Shown: piece by piece, positions 49,464-62,817 of the stretch
Layout: each line of letters opens with the position of its first letter
Numbering within the stretch: position 1 is the stretch's first letter
NCBI RefSeq assembly: GCF_036321535.1
Contig: NC_087437.1
Span: 62,560,001 to 62,624,000, forward strand
Direction: 5' to 3'
DNA: 64,000 nt
Source of the DNA: Camelus dromedarius
Lineage: Eukaryota
Program-made: the position numbers and the translations under genes
The notes under the pieces: generated by a model
The model's database searches: none
What the model was told of the DNA's origin: nothing
Seen by the model: only the letters and a program-made list of their open reading frames with translations

Positions 49464-51789
49464 TTGGCACCAATATTTCTGACGACCCTCCCACCAGGAA
49501 GGCCTTGTTCTCACTGACGATGAGGAAATGATCATCAGTCAGGTTTAGGGACTTGCCCAAGGTGACTTAGCTGATGGTGGAGACAGACTTGAACTTGTCT
49601 CCAGTACAGCCACCCGGCCTTTCACGCAGCTGTTACCCTGAGCTCCTCCCGCCACAGCCCTCACCCCCCAGCTGCCCTCTCCCTCCACTGTCTCTCCTAT
49701 TGTAATCTCTGGAGTTTGCTCTTCCCTCCCTCCACTTCCCCTAGAACTTTGTCTCTTCTGAATCTTTCTCTTTAATCAGAAGAATGCTCAACTACATCCC
49801 CTCTTCAAAATCCCCAGCCTCCTTCCCCGCATCTCCTCCTTTCCCTGCACAACCAGATTCCCTGGGGGAGTTGCTCTGCTCACTGAGGCCACTTCCTCCC
49901 TGCTCTGTCAGTGGATATCGCCTTTGCCCTTCCTGACCCCTGTGGAGCATTGATGCTGGGGTTTCCTCACGCGTCCCCTCCCTCCTCTCCGGCAGCTCCT
50001 TCCTCGCCTGCTTCAAGGGTACCCCTGCCTCTAAATAGCAGGGGCCTGCTCTTGGCCCACGGCCCACACAAGCACCGCTTTGCTGATGGAAAGCTGTTGA
50101 ATTCTGTCAAGCTGAAATTCTGTATAAATAGACACATTTACAACTTCCTGTCCATTTAGCTATCACTCATTCTAACAAAGTTACTAATAACTTGCACATG
50201 CAGCAGTTCACAGCTTACAGAGCGCCTTCACATGCCCTTCAACATCCCTGTCTGTGTGTAACGAAAATATTTTTTACGTCTGCACGGTATTAAACAGGCA
50301 TCATTAAGTTCAGCCCAGTTTGCCCAGGTGTTGGGGGGGCATTATAAATAAGCTGTGTTTTGATGAAGAGCCCCTGCTTCGGTCCTCTGGGTGCCATTAG
50401 CCAGGATCGTGTTCCCTGTTCCCCATTCCGTTCTCCTGGTGATTGATGGATTATTGAGCTTGGGGACGGGGCCAAATGACCCTTGTCATTTTAATAACGT
50501 GTTACTACTAGGGCATCAGGAGAGGCCAAGGGCTGACCAGAAGATGTGGAAATCTCCCCGCATGCAGGTCAAGGGAAAGGCAGGTTGAGGCCCAGACACT
50601 TGGATTAGGATAAAATGAGACCGGACTTACATTGTTTTTGACACTCTACGTGGATCACACTTTCAGAGGAGACTTGGAAGCTTTAAACCGAGATAACAAG
50701 TGGGTGTATCTTGCGTGCCTGCCCCCCTCAGCTGGTAGAACCCCCTGGGAGTGCAGTGTTGAGGGTTCTGAGGCCAAGCCCGGGCTGCCTGGGAGAGAGG
50801 CCCCTGGTGCACCAGCACGCTGCCGGGGGAGGGAGGGAGGATGTGGCGGCCCGCGCCACACCTCTGCCACAGCTGCTTTACTCTCGTCTCTGAAAGGCAA
50901 TGAACTACCTGACGGACTAAACTGGGGCCATCCAGGGGGTCCCTGAGGGCAAGCACTCAGGTGGCTTCAGCCACTTCACCACACGTGCCTTCTTTCCTAG
51001 TGTGGCTGCCGGGACTTGCTTTGGAGTTGGCGCATGTTTGGGGCTTGAAAGCCACACGAGGGACGTTCGCATGCCCTGTAGTCCTCAGCAGCGCCTGCCC
51101 GCTGCCCACCCAGCCGGCCCTGCCCGCGCCCAGGTCTTTGTACGCCGCTGCCTCGGGCGTGGCGGGAGGCTTTCAGGAAAGGCTGTGTCTCCGGCAGTGA
51201 GTCCTGTCCTTCTCCAGGAAATGGCGGTGACCTTCGGTGCATCACCAGCTCCTTCTGTCTCCTGCCCTGGATCCCCAACTCTCTCTCTCTCTCCTTGAAC
51301 CCAAGATCTGGGGCCACACTCAACTGCTTTGACCTTGGACTGGGTTTTGGAGCTGGCATGGTGTCAGATGTACCCAGGGCAGCTGGGTTTACTTGCCAGT
51401 TAAGTGTCATGGGGAAAGGATGGGGCAGCTGGCAGCTTTGGCATTTTCACAGTAGCTGCCCAGCAGGGGAGCAACTTCTCCCTTTAGCACACACCCTGAC
51501 CCTTCACCCAGAGCAAAATCATATACTACCTCTTCTCCAAACCTCTGACACTTTGGAATATTGGGTTAGGCTCTATTGGGTTCATTTTATCACATTGCTG
51601 CCAGAAACATTTGGAGGAGGAAGGAAAACAATACGCATCATCTCCAACAAAGCAGTCCCCCTGGCCCGAGTAGTGTCTTTGCTGCTTGTAAATATGGCAC
51701 CAACCATACCTTTTACTTCTTGTATTTTTATTTTATGGGGTGGTGTGCGGTACAAACCACTGGAGAGGCCAGAGCTCTGTTAAAAACCT

Positions 51790-52010
51790 ACCCCTGAAGT
51801 GCACTGATAGCTGCAACTCACTTTGAAATGCATTTAAAAAAATGTGGATTGATGGATGGATGGAGGGATAGAGGGATGGACAGGTATGGGATAAAGCAGC
51901 AGGCAACATGCTAATGGTGGAGTGAGGTGGTAAGTAGATGGCTGTTCACTGCATGGTCATTTCAAGTTGGCTGCAGGTTTGGAAATTTTCAAAATAAAAT
52001 GTTGGGGTGA
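51790..52010 (+). mobile_element. L1ME/L1MC 3' end fragment
   Basis: gcaactcactttgaaatgcat...gatggatggatggagggatagagggatgga...tttggaaattttcaaaataaaatgttgggg. Confidence 0.7.
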
Positions 52011-53159
52011 AATTAACCTGACAGTGAACCATTTTAATTTAAAACAGGCTCTTGACCAATGTGGTCCTGAGGCTGGAGAGTGAGGAAGTTGTGCGGATTG
52101 GATCCATTTGGGAAGACTTCCTGTGGAGGGTGGTTTCCTGTCTGCCAGGACAGTTCCGGGATTGGTGGAGAGGAGAGGCGTGCAGGCCTCCCCTCCCCCA
52201 GCCAGGAGCTCTGCTGCACGCCCCCACCCGTGCCCTGTAACCCTTGAGCAGGGGTGCTGCTCTTGCCTGTGGCCCACACATCACGCGCCAGCTTCCAGGC
52301 CCTGCACAGCCTCCTCCTGGCTTGGACCTGGCTTTCCTCAGCTCTCCCAGAGGGCTGCCACATGCCTCCACACTGGCCGTGACGTGGGAGGGCGCTCTGT
52401 CCCCGCACAGTGTCTGCTGGGCTCCCAGTCCCTGGGCAGCGGAGAGGCTGTCCCACACGTAAGGGAGGTTGGGGAGGCTCGGTGGCTCCAGATGGCCTTC
52501 CTGCCTCCTGCAGATTCTGGGCACTACAGAGCAGTCGTGGCACAGGGCGGGACAGGACGGAAGTGGGAGTGAAGAGGCTCTCTGGAGTTAGGTCCTGACC
52601 TAAATTGTGGGTCACACTCACTAGGGGTCTCACAGCAGGTGCTGAGCTCCAAGTAGCAGGATAACTGACTCAGGGTGGGAGCCTAATCTGTCCCACGCTC
52701 CCTCCTGCCTGTCTGCTCTTCTGCTGGTATGTCAGTGGGGGCTCAGTAAATACAAATTCTTGACCCTATTAATACTAGCTTTAGCAGAACGGCATCAGGA
52801 AGGAAAGTATGCTGCAATAACAGTCTCAGGAAGATTTTTAAAACTTAAGTGCCATTCGTAGCTTCCTGCCCCTGTTAGTGCAGAGAATGGAGAACCACTG
52901 ACTGCTGGGCTCTTGTGTCCCTTGGAAGCTGGCACTCTCCGAGCTTTTCACTGTCCAGCGTGCGTACGCGCACCCACTCACACACACGTGCCTGGTGCAC
53001 ACACTCACTCACTCAGGCCTCTGAGCCCAGCAGTTCCTCTGCCCTTGGTGCCGCAGAACCAGGAGGGGATGCCCAGCCCCACATCCCTTGCAGGCTGTGG
53101 AAGAGGTTCCTCCTGCAGGGGGAGCAGGGGATCTTCAGCCGGTCCTCATCTCAGTTAGG

Positions 53160-53390
53160 GCTGCTCTGACCTCTCCTGAGAGTTCAGACCGTGGGCCCTG
53201 CAGCCACACTCCCTGGTTTGAGTCCTTGTGCCACTGGCTATCTGACCCCAGCGAGCTGCTTCATCCTGTGTCTCAGGTTTGTCACTTGTGAAGCAAGGAT
53301 GGTGACAGTCCCTTCCACATGGGTGGTTGTAAGATTTCCTCAAGTTAGTGCTGTAAAGCTTGACACAGACGCAGTGAGTTCAGTGTTAGC
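53160..53390 (+). mobile_element. MIR SINE
   Basis: ctggtttgagtccttgtgccact...tgtctcaggtttgtcacttgtgaa...gggtggttgtaagatt. Confidence 0.6.
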
Positions 53391-53504
53391 CCTGACCGCT
53401 GCTGCCCCCGCACCTGCCCCCACACCTGCCCCGAGTCATCCTGCTCTGGGCCACGGCTGCGAGGCCAGAGCAGGAACCAGCAAGCGTCTCACTGAGACTG
53501 AGGG

Positions 53505-53980
53505 CAGTGACTGTGTTGCTTTCCTTCATGGCTGTAACAAGTTACCACCAATTTAGTGACTGAAAACACCTCAGCTGTGTTCTCTTACAGTCCTGGAGGT
53601 CAGAGTGTGAAACGGTTTTCACTGGCTAAAGTCAAGGTGTCCGCAGGGCGCCACTCCCTCTGGAAACTGGGGGAGTCCGGTCCCTTGCCTTTCCATCTCC
53701 CAGCGCTGCATTCCTTGCATTCCTTGGCTCCTCGAGGCCTCTTCCTTCCTCCACCTTCAAAGGGGCAGCACAGCATCTTGCTTCTCTTCGTTACCCCTAC
53801 CTTCTGTGGTCAGCTGTCCCTCTGCCTTCCTCTTGTGTGGACCCTTGGGGTGGCATTAAGGGCCCAGCTGGGGAATCTGGGAGACTCTCCCACCTCAAAA
53901 TCCTTCACTCAATCACACTGCAAAGTCTCCTTTGCTGTACGGGATATCATTCACAGGTTCTGGGGCCATTATTTACAAAA
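53505..53980 (-). mobile_element. MLT1C/D-type MaLR solo LTR
   Basis: gctgtaacaagttaccaccaatttagtgac...cttacagtcctggaggtcag...ggctaaagtcaaggtgtc...attcacaggttctgggg. Confidence 0.82.
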
Positions 53981-54235
53981 CAACGGACACAGGGAGAAGC
54001 TCTGGGTCCTGAGCCTGTGGCACAACTTGGCCAACTTCTAGACCAACTTAGACACATGCACTGCCCGGGCCCCCTGCTGCCACGCCGGGTCAGCGCCAGG
54101 CCCTCTCTGTCTGCCCGGACGGACTCCAGGGGACTGCACCACCAATGTCTCGTCCTGTTGGACCCAGGCACGGGGTGGTTGGTTGCGCGTTTGTGCGGGC
54201 AGGCAGGTGCTGATGTGCTATGTGTGTCCCTTTAG

Positions 54236-54458
54236 GCCACGGCGAGTGTCACTGCGGAGAATGCAAGTGCCACGCAGGCTACATCGGGGACAATTGTAAC
54301 TGCTCGACAGACATCAGCACGTGCCAGGCCAGGGATGGCCAGATCTGCAGCGACCGCGGGCACTGCGTCTGCGGGCAGTGCCAGTGCACTGAGCCAGGAG
54401 CCTTCGGGGAGACGTGTGAGAAGTGCCCGACCTGCCCTGATGCTTGCAGCACCAAGAG
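54236..54458 (+). CDS. ITGB5: Integrin beta-5 coding exon 11, I-EGF repeats
   Basis: tttag|GC CAC ... AAG AG|gtaatg; 223 nt, phase 1/2. Encodes (G)[73 protein letters not shown]. Confidence 0.97.
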
Positions 54459-57400
54459 GTAATGGCCCCTCTCCAGCTTCTCCCTCAGACTAGGACTGTC
54501 ACCCACCCAGTGAGCCGTCAGGGCCGGCCAGCCTCTCACTCCCCGTCTCCTGCACCTGCCCCACCTGGCCTTCCTGAGGAGCAAAACTCTTACTATCATT
54601 AACTAGACTAGTATCTTTGAAACACTGGTTCCATGGGGATTTTGTTAAAAAATAGAAAAACAGAACAACAACAACAAAAAGATTGCTCTTCCTAACCACG
54701 TTTAGAAATTACCAGATTACTGAGTTAAATGAAATTAAACTGATTTTGGTACCAAAATAACATCTTCTTGAGTCTTTAGAGGGCTACTGAGTATTTCAAA
54801 AGGGGATTCAGCCAGCATGCATCTTTTTTCCAAATGAATTTGCTTCCCACTCCGTCACATGAACATCTCCCAAACAATGCTTCACGGACCTCCATGGGAA
54901 ATGCTGCTTTAAACAACACATAATCAGAAGGTAAATTGAATAGGAGGACACCGACCTAGATAAGGCATGCCAGGAACAAAACGCAGTGGCTTTTGAATTT
55001 TCTGCTCCATTTGCACAGATAATGGGGCAGGTCTCTGTACGGCTGCTGAGTGCAGAGACTGTCTGGACGCGGGCTCCAGGCCTTCACTGACTCAGCCATG
55101 GGGTCGCGTTCCCCGGCTGACCTCCCCACGGCGCTGCCCTTCACACCCCACCGGAGTGGGAATGAGAGGGAATGAATGAAATCGGGGAGTTATGCCATCA
55201 GGAACGCACGATGACACTTTCCCTTGCATTTTGCTAGAGAAACAGCGGTGCCATCACCACCCGTGCTCAGGGGCCAGGAGAAAGGGAAGCAGGGCACAGA
55301 TCATCAGAAACAAATAATAATGCCGACGTTGTTTCTCTCTGGCTGGGAAACGCAACTGTGCAATTTTCTTGGCAGGTTTCCCTTCCAAACGCCTGGCTCA
55401 GGCTCCTAATGAGAGGAGTTCATGCTCCCTGAGCTGCCGTGGCTGCCGGTCAGGCCGTGCTCAGAAATGTGGTGGGTGGCGGGACCCCAGGTTGGATGTT
55501 TGCCACAAATAATTCAGGGTAATTGAAAGCTGGCTGCAGATGGATAGAAGAGATAGACAGGGCCGGATTTTATTTTGCGTAATTAGAGGGGAGCCAGCAG
55601 AGTAAGGAAGAAGAAACACAGATCCACTTTAGACCCACTGAGAGCTGAGAAACAGGAGAAATCCAAATAGTAACATCCCAGGGGAGGAGGTTAGGCTCCT
55701 GGACCTAGAGCCCAAATAGCTGTGGCCGGTTGAGCCTGGAACTGGGGCCATTATCAACATTTAAGGCCTGAGGGAGGTGCCCTCCCGTCAGCTCCCACCA
55801 GTGGAACCCTTTCGAGTACATGCTCCCAGCCCTTGGGGCACAGGAGGCTAATGGGGGGGCAGGGCCAAGCTAGGAGATACACATGGAACTAATGAAAGCA
55901 GATAAGGCCCGTTTCTTCCCTTCCTCTGGAGCAGCAAGGGTTAGCTTAAATCAGTTAAAAGGCCCTTGGGAAGACAACCTAAACTTTAACTGTTTAAAGC
56001 ATTCATTTCCAAGAAGACAGAGACTCGATTTGTTAACCATTAAGCAATACCACAGGAGCGAGGGGAGCAAAGATGCCGTCAGAGCAGCTCACTATTCCCG
56101 CTCACTTGTCTCTGGGCCACGCTGACCCTCTGTCTCTTTCACACCCTAGTTGTAGCTTTTTTTTTTTTATCCCTTTGATAGTTCCCTATATCAGGCTGTT
56201 TTTCTACTTAATGCTTTGCTGAGAGCCACCAGGTTTCGAATGCCTTATGTGCTTTTGTTCCCCTAGGGTTTCAGGACAGCCCGTCTCTACTTTCTAGAGC
56301 TAACCAAACACACCCTTCACCTTGGGTGAGTTCACATTCAGCCTCAGCTGATTTCAATTAACAGGCTCTCTGAGTAAAGTCTGTCTCAGCAACTTTGTTT
56401 GCTTAAAGGCCAGACTTATTTTAATATACGACTACAGTACATCACAAGCTTCAGCCCAGTACGTGGAGCTCACAGGTTGAACTGATACGTCCACATGGAT
56501 AATTAGGGAATGTTTCCTGGAAGTGGCCCTGTGCTTTCATGACAACAGGGGCTGCGGATGGAGGGCCCGGTGAGTCCTAGCAGAGACCGAAGCAGCCCCC
56601 TTTCCTTGCACTGTGTTCATCCAGGGGCTGGAGGACCAGAGCTGGAGCCACCCCTCCCGGGTCCCCAGCTGAGTCTCAGTTGCCTGCCCACTGGGGCTCA
56701 AATGCAAAAATTACCAACTTGTTTGTTAACTCTAAAATGTTTCCAGGAAGTCATTCCCAGGAGAGTAGGATTTTGTGGCCAGTTCTGTGAATTTTTAAGC
56801 ATATTATACTAGAACCCTGGTAAGAAGTCTTACCTGCTTTCTCTCCACGATCCACTCCCTCACCCGTTCCTCCTCAGTGTTCAGAAAGAGAGTAGGGACT
56901 CGGGAGGGACTTATCGGAGAGGCAGGTGCCTGGGTGCTGGACCCTGCGGCCACTGACTGCTTTTTGGCCTCATTCCCCTCTCCTGTAAAATGCGGGCGAC
57001 TTAAACGGCCCCCAGCTCCCTTCCAGGCCTGGCGTTCCATCCACAGTTTCTGCACTGGAAGTGTCATAACTGGTCTCTTCACCCCGAGGAATTTAAAAAT
57101 GATAATAATAAAGGTGATGCACTGTGACTGGACATCCTTCCATATTTCTGCCGGGGAGTTTTCCAGACACACAGCCCCTTTGGTCCCCACAGGCCTGTGG
57201 GGTAGGTAGGACTGCTGTCCCCCGTGCGGCCGAGGCGCTGTGAGGCCACCGCCTGCACTCTGGTGCCGGGGCACAGCTCGGAGGAGGCAGTGGCCCTCCC
57301 AGCACGCTTGGCTCTGCATTCCTCACCCCGTTTCCCGGGGAAGCCCCTGTTTCAGGGGCTCTCACCCTCCTTGCAGGCCACCAAGCACCATCACCTCACA

Positions 57401-57835
57401 GATTCCCTGCAGGTTTGCCGTCAGCTGGCTGTTTTGTCCCAGCCAGGTACCCTGGTGGGGATCCTGGGAATTGGGGCTATAGGGGTGTGAGGACCCCTCT
57501 TCGAGGCTGGGCACACTTTCATCATCAGGAACTTCTTGTTGGGATTTGGCTCCTGATATCAGAACTTGAAATCTCCAACCTGCAGCTTGACCTGTGGACT
57601 AGACATGCACATACACTCACATAAGCTCCTCCAAGAGCCCTCAGGCTTCCCTGTGTGATGGCAACAAGAAGGGCAAGGCAGAAACAGTCCCTGAGGCCAA
57701 ACATTTGAAGATGGGAGAGGCTGAAGCCTTCAGGGGCAGGCAGGAGGGCTGGGACTCGTGGGACATGCACCCAGTTACCCACGTGCAGCTGCTACACCGC
57801 GTCTAACACCCACATTTGTTGCCTCTTTTCCAAAG

Positions 57836-57939
57836 AGATTGTGTGGAATGCTTGCTGCTTCACTCAGGGAGCTCAGCTGACAACCAGACTTGCCAAAACC
57901 TGTGCAAGGATGAGGTGATCACGCGGGTGGACACCATCG
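57836..57939 (+). CDS. ITGB5: Integrin beta-5 coding exon 12, beta-tail domain
   Basis: ttttccaaag|A GAT TGT ... ATC G|gtgagt; 104 nt, phase 2/1. Encodes (R)[34 protein letters not shown]. Confidence 0.95.
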
Positions 57940-58229
57940 GTGAGTGTGCTGAGTGGCCCCGGGCAGCTGCCCCTTTAGGATCTTGGCAGACACACAGAGA
58001 CCTTCTCCCTGACGAGGATGACCGTCAGGACTGCCTGGCAGGCGGGGTAGTTTTAGTCTTGAGTTAGGAAGCAGCCTCAGCGCCTTGGCCAGTCCTTGCT
58101 GGCTCCCCCGTAGGACTTGGGGCGCCTGGGCTGGGGCAGTGGTTCCAGGCTCTCCAGGTATAAGACCTCCTCTGTCCGGTTCCTGGAGCCCAGTCCCTTC
58201 CTAGCCTCATCTCCCAGGCTTCCTTTGAA

Positions 58230-58620
58230 GTTGGCATGTTAGAATCGGTGCTGTTAGCTGCCACAACAAACCAACCCCAGACCTCAGGGACTTAACAAAA
58301 TGTAAGTCAGTCTGTCACTACTGAAAGTCCAGTGAAGATGCTGACAAGGACTCCATGTGGTCCTGCAGAACTCAGGTACCCTCTAGATGGTGGTTCCACC
58401 CTCCTCCAGGTCCTTGGAATCCCCTCCATTGAGTCAGCAAGTGGGGAAGACAGGGAGGGATCAGGCGGGGGGCTTTCATGGGCCAGACCTGGAAGTGGTG
58501 CCCATAACCTGCACCCAGAGCCCAGTTGTCCAGCCACATTTAACTGCGAGGATGGCGAGAAACGTCCAGGAAGCCAGGAAACCATGTTTGGTGACCAGCT
58601 AGCCAGTCTCTGCCCCATTT
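58230..58620 (-). mobile_element. Old MLT1 (J/K/L-like) MaLR LTR
   Basis: ttagctgccacaacaaac...gacttaacaaaa...ggccagacctggaagtgg...tttggtgaccagctagccagtctctgcc. Confidence 0.6.
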
Positions 58621-59074
58621 GACCTCGGCCTAGCACAGCCGTCCCAATGCTGCCGGCATCGGACAAGGCAGAGCTCACATTCAGTCTGGATGAACCCGGG
58701 GTCCAGTACCGCCCCGGCGCTTCTCCTGGTGACGGGTCGCCCACTCCCTGTTCCATTGTCCTGCCCGGCAGCTTACATCGCAGGCTCTTCTCGTTCCAGC
58801 CGCTGCAGTTTGACCCCATCCATTCATCCTTCCAGCCATGCCTTTACCACAGGTCCAGTTCTGACCAGGAGCCCACAAGGAGGCTCCGACAGAGGTGCAG
58901 ACATGTTTGTTTTCACCATCTCTGGGCTGCGTCCATTCTTTCCTGGTACAGCCATTGCTGTCCAGGCTGAGGAGTTTCTAAGGGTAAGGCTGCAGATCAC
59001 ACACCTTAGCCCTACAGACACGTCACGGGGTTTAGTACGGGTCTGGAAAACTCTAGTTACATCCAGTCCAAGTG

Positions 59075-59680
59075 AGCCTGAACCCCCATGCACTGCTGGG
59101 GAATGTGAAATGATGCAGCCACTTTGGAAAACGGTTTGGCAGCTCCCCACAGATTAAACATAGAGTTACCACATGATCCGGCAGTTAACACCCCCAGGTG
59201 TATACACAAGGGAATTGAAGGCATACGTTAACACAAAAACTTGTACATGAGTGTTCATAGTGACATTATTCATAACAGTCCAAAATTGGAAACAACCCAA
59301 ATGTAAATCAACTGATAAATGCAAAAGTAAACCGTGGTGGTACATCCATGCAATAGGACATTATTTGGCCTTAAAAAGGAATGAGGTGCTAAGACATGCC
59401 ACAGCATTGACGAACCCTGCAAACATTATGCTAAGTGAAGGAAGCCAGACAGAAAAGGACATGTATGACTCCATTTTTACAAAATGTCCAGAATAGATGA
59501 AAGCACAGAGACAGACACTGCACTAGAGGTCGCCAGGGCCTGGGGAGAGAAGGGAATTGGGACTGAGTGGTAAGAGGTGTGGGGTTTCTTTCTGGGGTGA
59601 TGGAAATGTTCTGGAATTAGTGGGAACAATTACACAATGTGGTGAATGTACTAAAACTATGGGATGATAAACTTCACAGT
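59075..59680 (+). mobile_element. L1MB-type LINE-1 3' fragment
   Basis: gctggggaatgtgaaatgatgcagccactttggaaaacggtttggcag...ggaaacaacccaaatgt...gctaagtgaaggaagccagac...tctggggtgatggaaatgttctggaattag. Confidence 0.88.
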
Positions 59681-61215
59681 GGTTACAATGGTGAGGAAGA
59701 AAGAGTGTGTGCCCTCAAAGGGACTCTGCCTCTGAGGTTCCCTTTCAGGCAGCCCGGCCCTCTTCCTCGCCCTCAGCTGCTGCAGCCTCCTCGCCCTGGC
59801 CACTCGTCTGTCTTGGCCCCGACCTGCCCCCTGTGTAGACTTCCGCGTTCCTGCCTCCCTGGTCTTGACTGACTGCTCTGTCTGGCCAGGTACCAGCTCC
59901 TGAGGATGCCGAGTCATGTATTCAGCCAACCCATAATCGCTGTGCCAGGGCTTGTGCTGGACCTGGGAGCCAGCCGGGAGCCCGTTTGCCTGCCCTGCTT
60001 CTGTCTAGTGACTTGAGGCCTGGCTCCCAGCCAGTTCCGCCTGCAGCCCTGGGACCGTTGCCCCTAACCAGGCACACGCAGGAAAGACAGGGCGATGCCT
60101 GCCCGCAGCCCAGTAGCAGTTCCCTCACTCTGGAGGGAATGCAGCCATTTGTGCACAGCTGCCTCGCAGTCTGTGCCTCTGAGATGGATCAGCTGCTCAC
60201 AGAGGGCTTCTGTTCAAATTCCCCAGTTACCTCCTTCCTTCCTTCGCCTAGGCCTTTTCATGCACCCACACGCCCTCTCACCCAGACTGGACTTAGGACC
60301 GGGAGCTGAGAAAGCCCCGGCCTCCCTGTACGATACCCACAGCAAAGTGTCTGGGTCCAGGTGGAAGCACCTCTGAGCAACAGGCTCATGTAGGCCAGGG
60401 CTGGAAAGCACCTGGCGTCTCAGCCTGGCCCGCAGCCGTCATTCAGGGCCGAGGCCATTCCCGCGCTGCCCGCCTCCCTCTTACTTAACACTCTTCCCTG
60501 CGTCCTTTCCCTCCTAGAAATCAGTCTAACCCCGTCCCAGGGGTTAACACCTGGGGGGGGGGGGATTGTGACACCTCTGCCTTGGGTAACAGCTGTGTGG
60601 GGACAGGGTGGTGTGGAAGCAGCTCACGGAAGGGGGCTTCTTACTCCAGAGGGCAAGGCGAGGCCAGCGGTGTCCGGCCTGGCCCTGGCCTCCGGCGCTG
60701 ACTCGCTGTGCATCGGCGCAGGCCCCACGGGGGCTGCCAGCCTCTCGTCCAGACATCCTCGTCTCCTTGTGGGTCTTTCTGGTTTTATATCCCAGGAAAG
60801 AGCTGCCGGCTCTTGGCTTCTCAGCCAGCTCCCGGCCCAGTGGACTCACGTGTGAGCTCTCACTCGGCCTCCAGGAGCACCAGTGTGGCCCTTCTTCGCT
60901 TTGTCCAGTTCTGCTGCTCAGTCCCGCCCGGGGTCCTGCCTCCTCTCCTTCCATGTCGCCCCAGCAAGCGCTGCAGAGGACTGAGGGGCCTCCCTTGCTT
61001 GGAAGGAAATTCATGTCCCCAGAGAAGCTAACTCAGCACCTGGGCCTGCACTCTTGATGTGAGAAAGCTGGCCTCGTCTTTCAGGCCCAGCCTCCCCTTT
61101 AAGCCTCTCTGCACCCACTTCCTTCTCTGAGGGGTCTGAATCCTCACCCTGTCCATCAGTGGCTCTGAGTTGCTCAGAGACATACTCAGGATGTTTCTGC
61201 TTGGTTTTCTTCCAG

Positions 61216-61335
61216 TGAAAGATGACCAGGAGGCTGTGCTCTGTTTCTACAAAACTGCCAAGGATTGTGTGATGATGTTCACCTACACAGAGCTCCCCAG
61301 TGGGAAGTCCAACCTGACGGTCCTCAGGGAGCCAG
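61216..61335 (+). CDS. ITGB5: Integrin beta-5 coding exon 13, beta-tail domain
   Basis: cttccag|TG AAA ... CCA G|gtgggt; 120 nt, phase 1/1. Encodes (V)[39 protein letters not shown]. Confidence 0.96.
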
Positions 61336-62650
61336 GTGGGTGGGGGCCAGCTCTCTCCTCCGCTGGGGGCTCAGTTTCTGACATATCACTTGTTCTCACC
61401 GTCCTTTCCATACTTGAGAAAGAGGAGAGATACATTCCTTACAAAGATCAAGGTCTAAGGTCACCCCTCCCCTACTGCTAGAGTTTGGAAGGATGGCTGT
61501 ACATCTGGGGGCCCACTGCTGGCGTGGAGCTTGGGGGGCACAGCTTGGGGTACTGGGAGTTACAGGAGGCTAGGGCCCTGCCCTGGGGGAGTGTTTCATC
61601 TTGAAGGAGGTGGTCACAGCGGTGACAGTAAGCACAGAACACACTTAACCTACACGGCTGGTGGTGGTGTGAGTGTGCAGGGCGGGTCTGGACCATCAGG
61701 GCTGGGCTGGCCAGTCTTGCATCAGGGAGCATCCGGGTGCACACGCAGCCCTCGCTGGGCTGCGCACTTGCTGGCGTGGAGTCTAAGAAGGGCAGATGGA
61801 GTGCTGCCGTGTCCAGCTCCCTGGGTCACTGAGGACGGCACAGTAATCCAACACAGACAATTCTGCCTCATGCTCTGGTCCCCTTCCTTGAGGTAATTAG
61901 GGTTTCTGGTATGACCTCTTTTATTTTTCTCTGGAGGAGTCGAGGGTGTGGGGGGCAGAAAAAGATCTGCTCTCTTCAATTCACAGCATTACAAACTGTT
62001 TTTCCATATGGGGCCAGACCACATAATGTGCCTTCCCTAGGCCAGAGGCAGAGGGAAGTGTTGTGGTCCCGGCCCAGGATGCACGCCTGTAAGAATGAGG
62101 CTTTGTTTCCAAGGGCTGTCTTTGTGGTTCTTTGAAAATAAGCACATTTGCTCCAAAGAGCTCCACGCTAAGGGCTTACAAATGTTGGCTGGCCCCTCGC
62201 CCAGCCCTTGTGGAAGCGGCTTCATGATACCTCCTGCCTGTCCAGTCTGCTCCTGAAACTGTTTACATGAAAGCTGAGATGTGGTCCAGCGTCCTGTACG
62301 GAAGGCGGGGCCAGGCTGGGGTGTGGGAGCTTCAAGTTGGGGAGATGCAGCCGTGCACACACAGCCCGAGTAAAGTGGAGTGGCCACCAGGCTTCTCCTG
62401 GGCTTTGCCATCGATTGCTGTGGGCCTTAGAACAGTCACCAGCCCTCTTTGAATCTTTCACTTTTTGTGCATTGGAGAAACCTGCCTGCCCCCCAGGTCT
62501 CCCAGAAGCAATGTGGGGATTGCAGAGCATTGAGGGGAGGCCTTTGGGGAGAGGCATCCCCTTCATCACAGATGTGCCTGAGGTCTGGGTGTGAGGCTGG
62601 GGAAATGGTGGTGCTGGTGGCTTTCCTCACCATGCCTTGGTCCCCTCCAG

Positions 62651-62817
62651 AGTGTGGAACCGCCCCCAATGCCATGACCATCCTCCTGGTTGTGGTTGGC
62701 AGCATCCTCCTGGTTGGGATTGCGCTCCTGGCCATCTGGAAGCTGCTCGTCACCATCCACGACCGGAGAGAGTTTGCAAAGTTCCAGAGCGAGCGATCCC
62801 GGGCCCGCTACGAAATG
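62651..62817 (+). CDS. ITGB5: Integrin beta-5 coding exon 14, transmembrane helix and membrane-proximal tail
   Basis: ctccag|AG TGT ... ATG|gtaagc; 167 nt, phase 1/0. Encodes (E)[55 protein letters not shown], with the HDRRE and SERS motifs. Confidence 0.97.

Noticed and set aside
60553..60564. G12 homopolymer
   Set aside because: Isolated run with no supporting context; homopolymer length is unreliable in assemblies.
62789..62817. Alternative donor 29 nt before the end of exon 14 (I recall a mouse beta5B isoform lacking 29 nt here)
   Set aside because: The dinucleotide here is GC (AGA|GCGAGC), not GT, and the context is too weak for a GC-AG donor, so the isoform is unlikely in this species.
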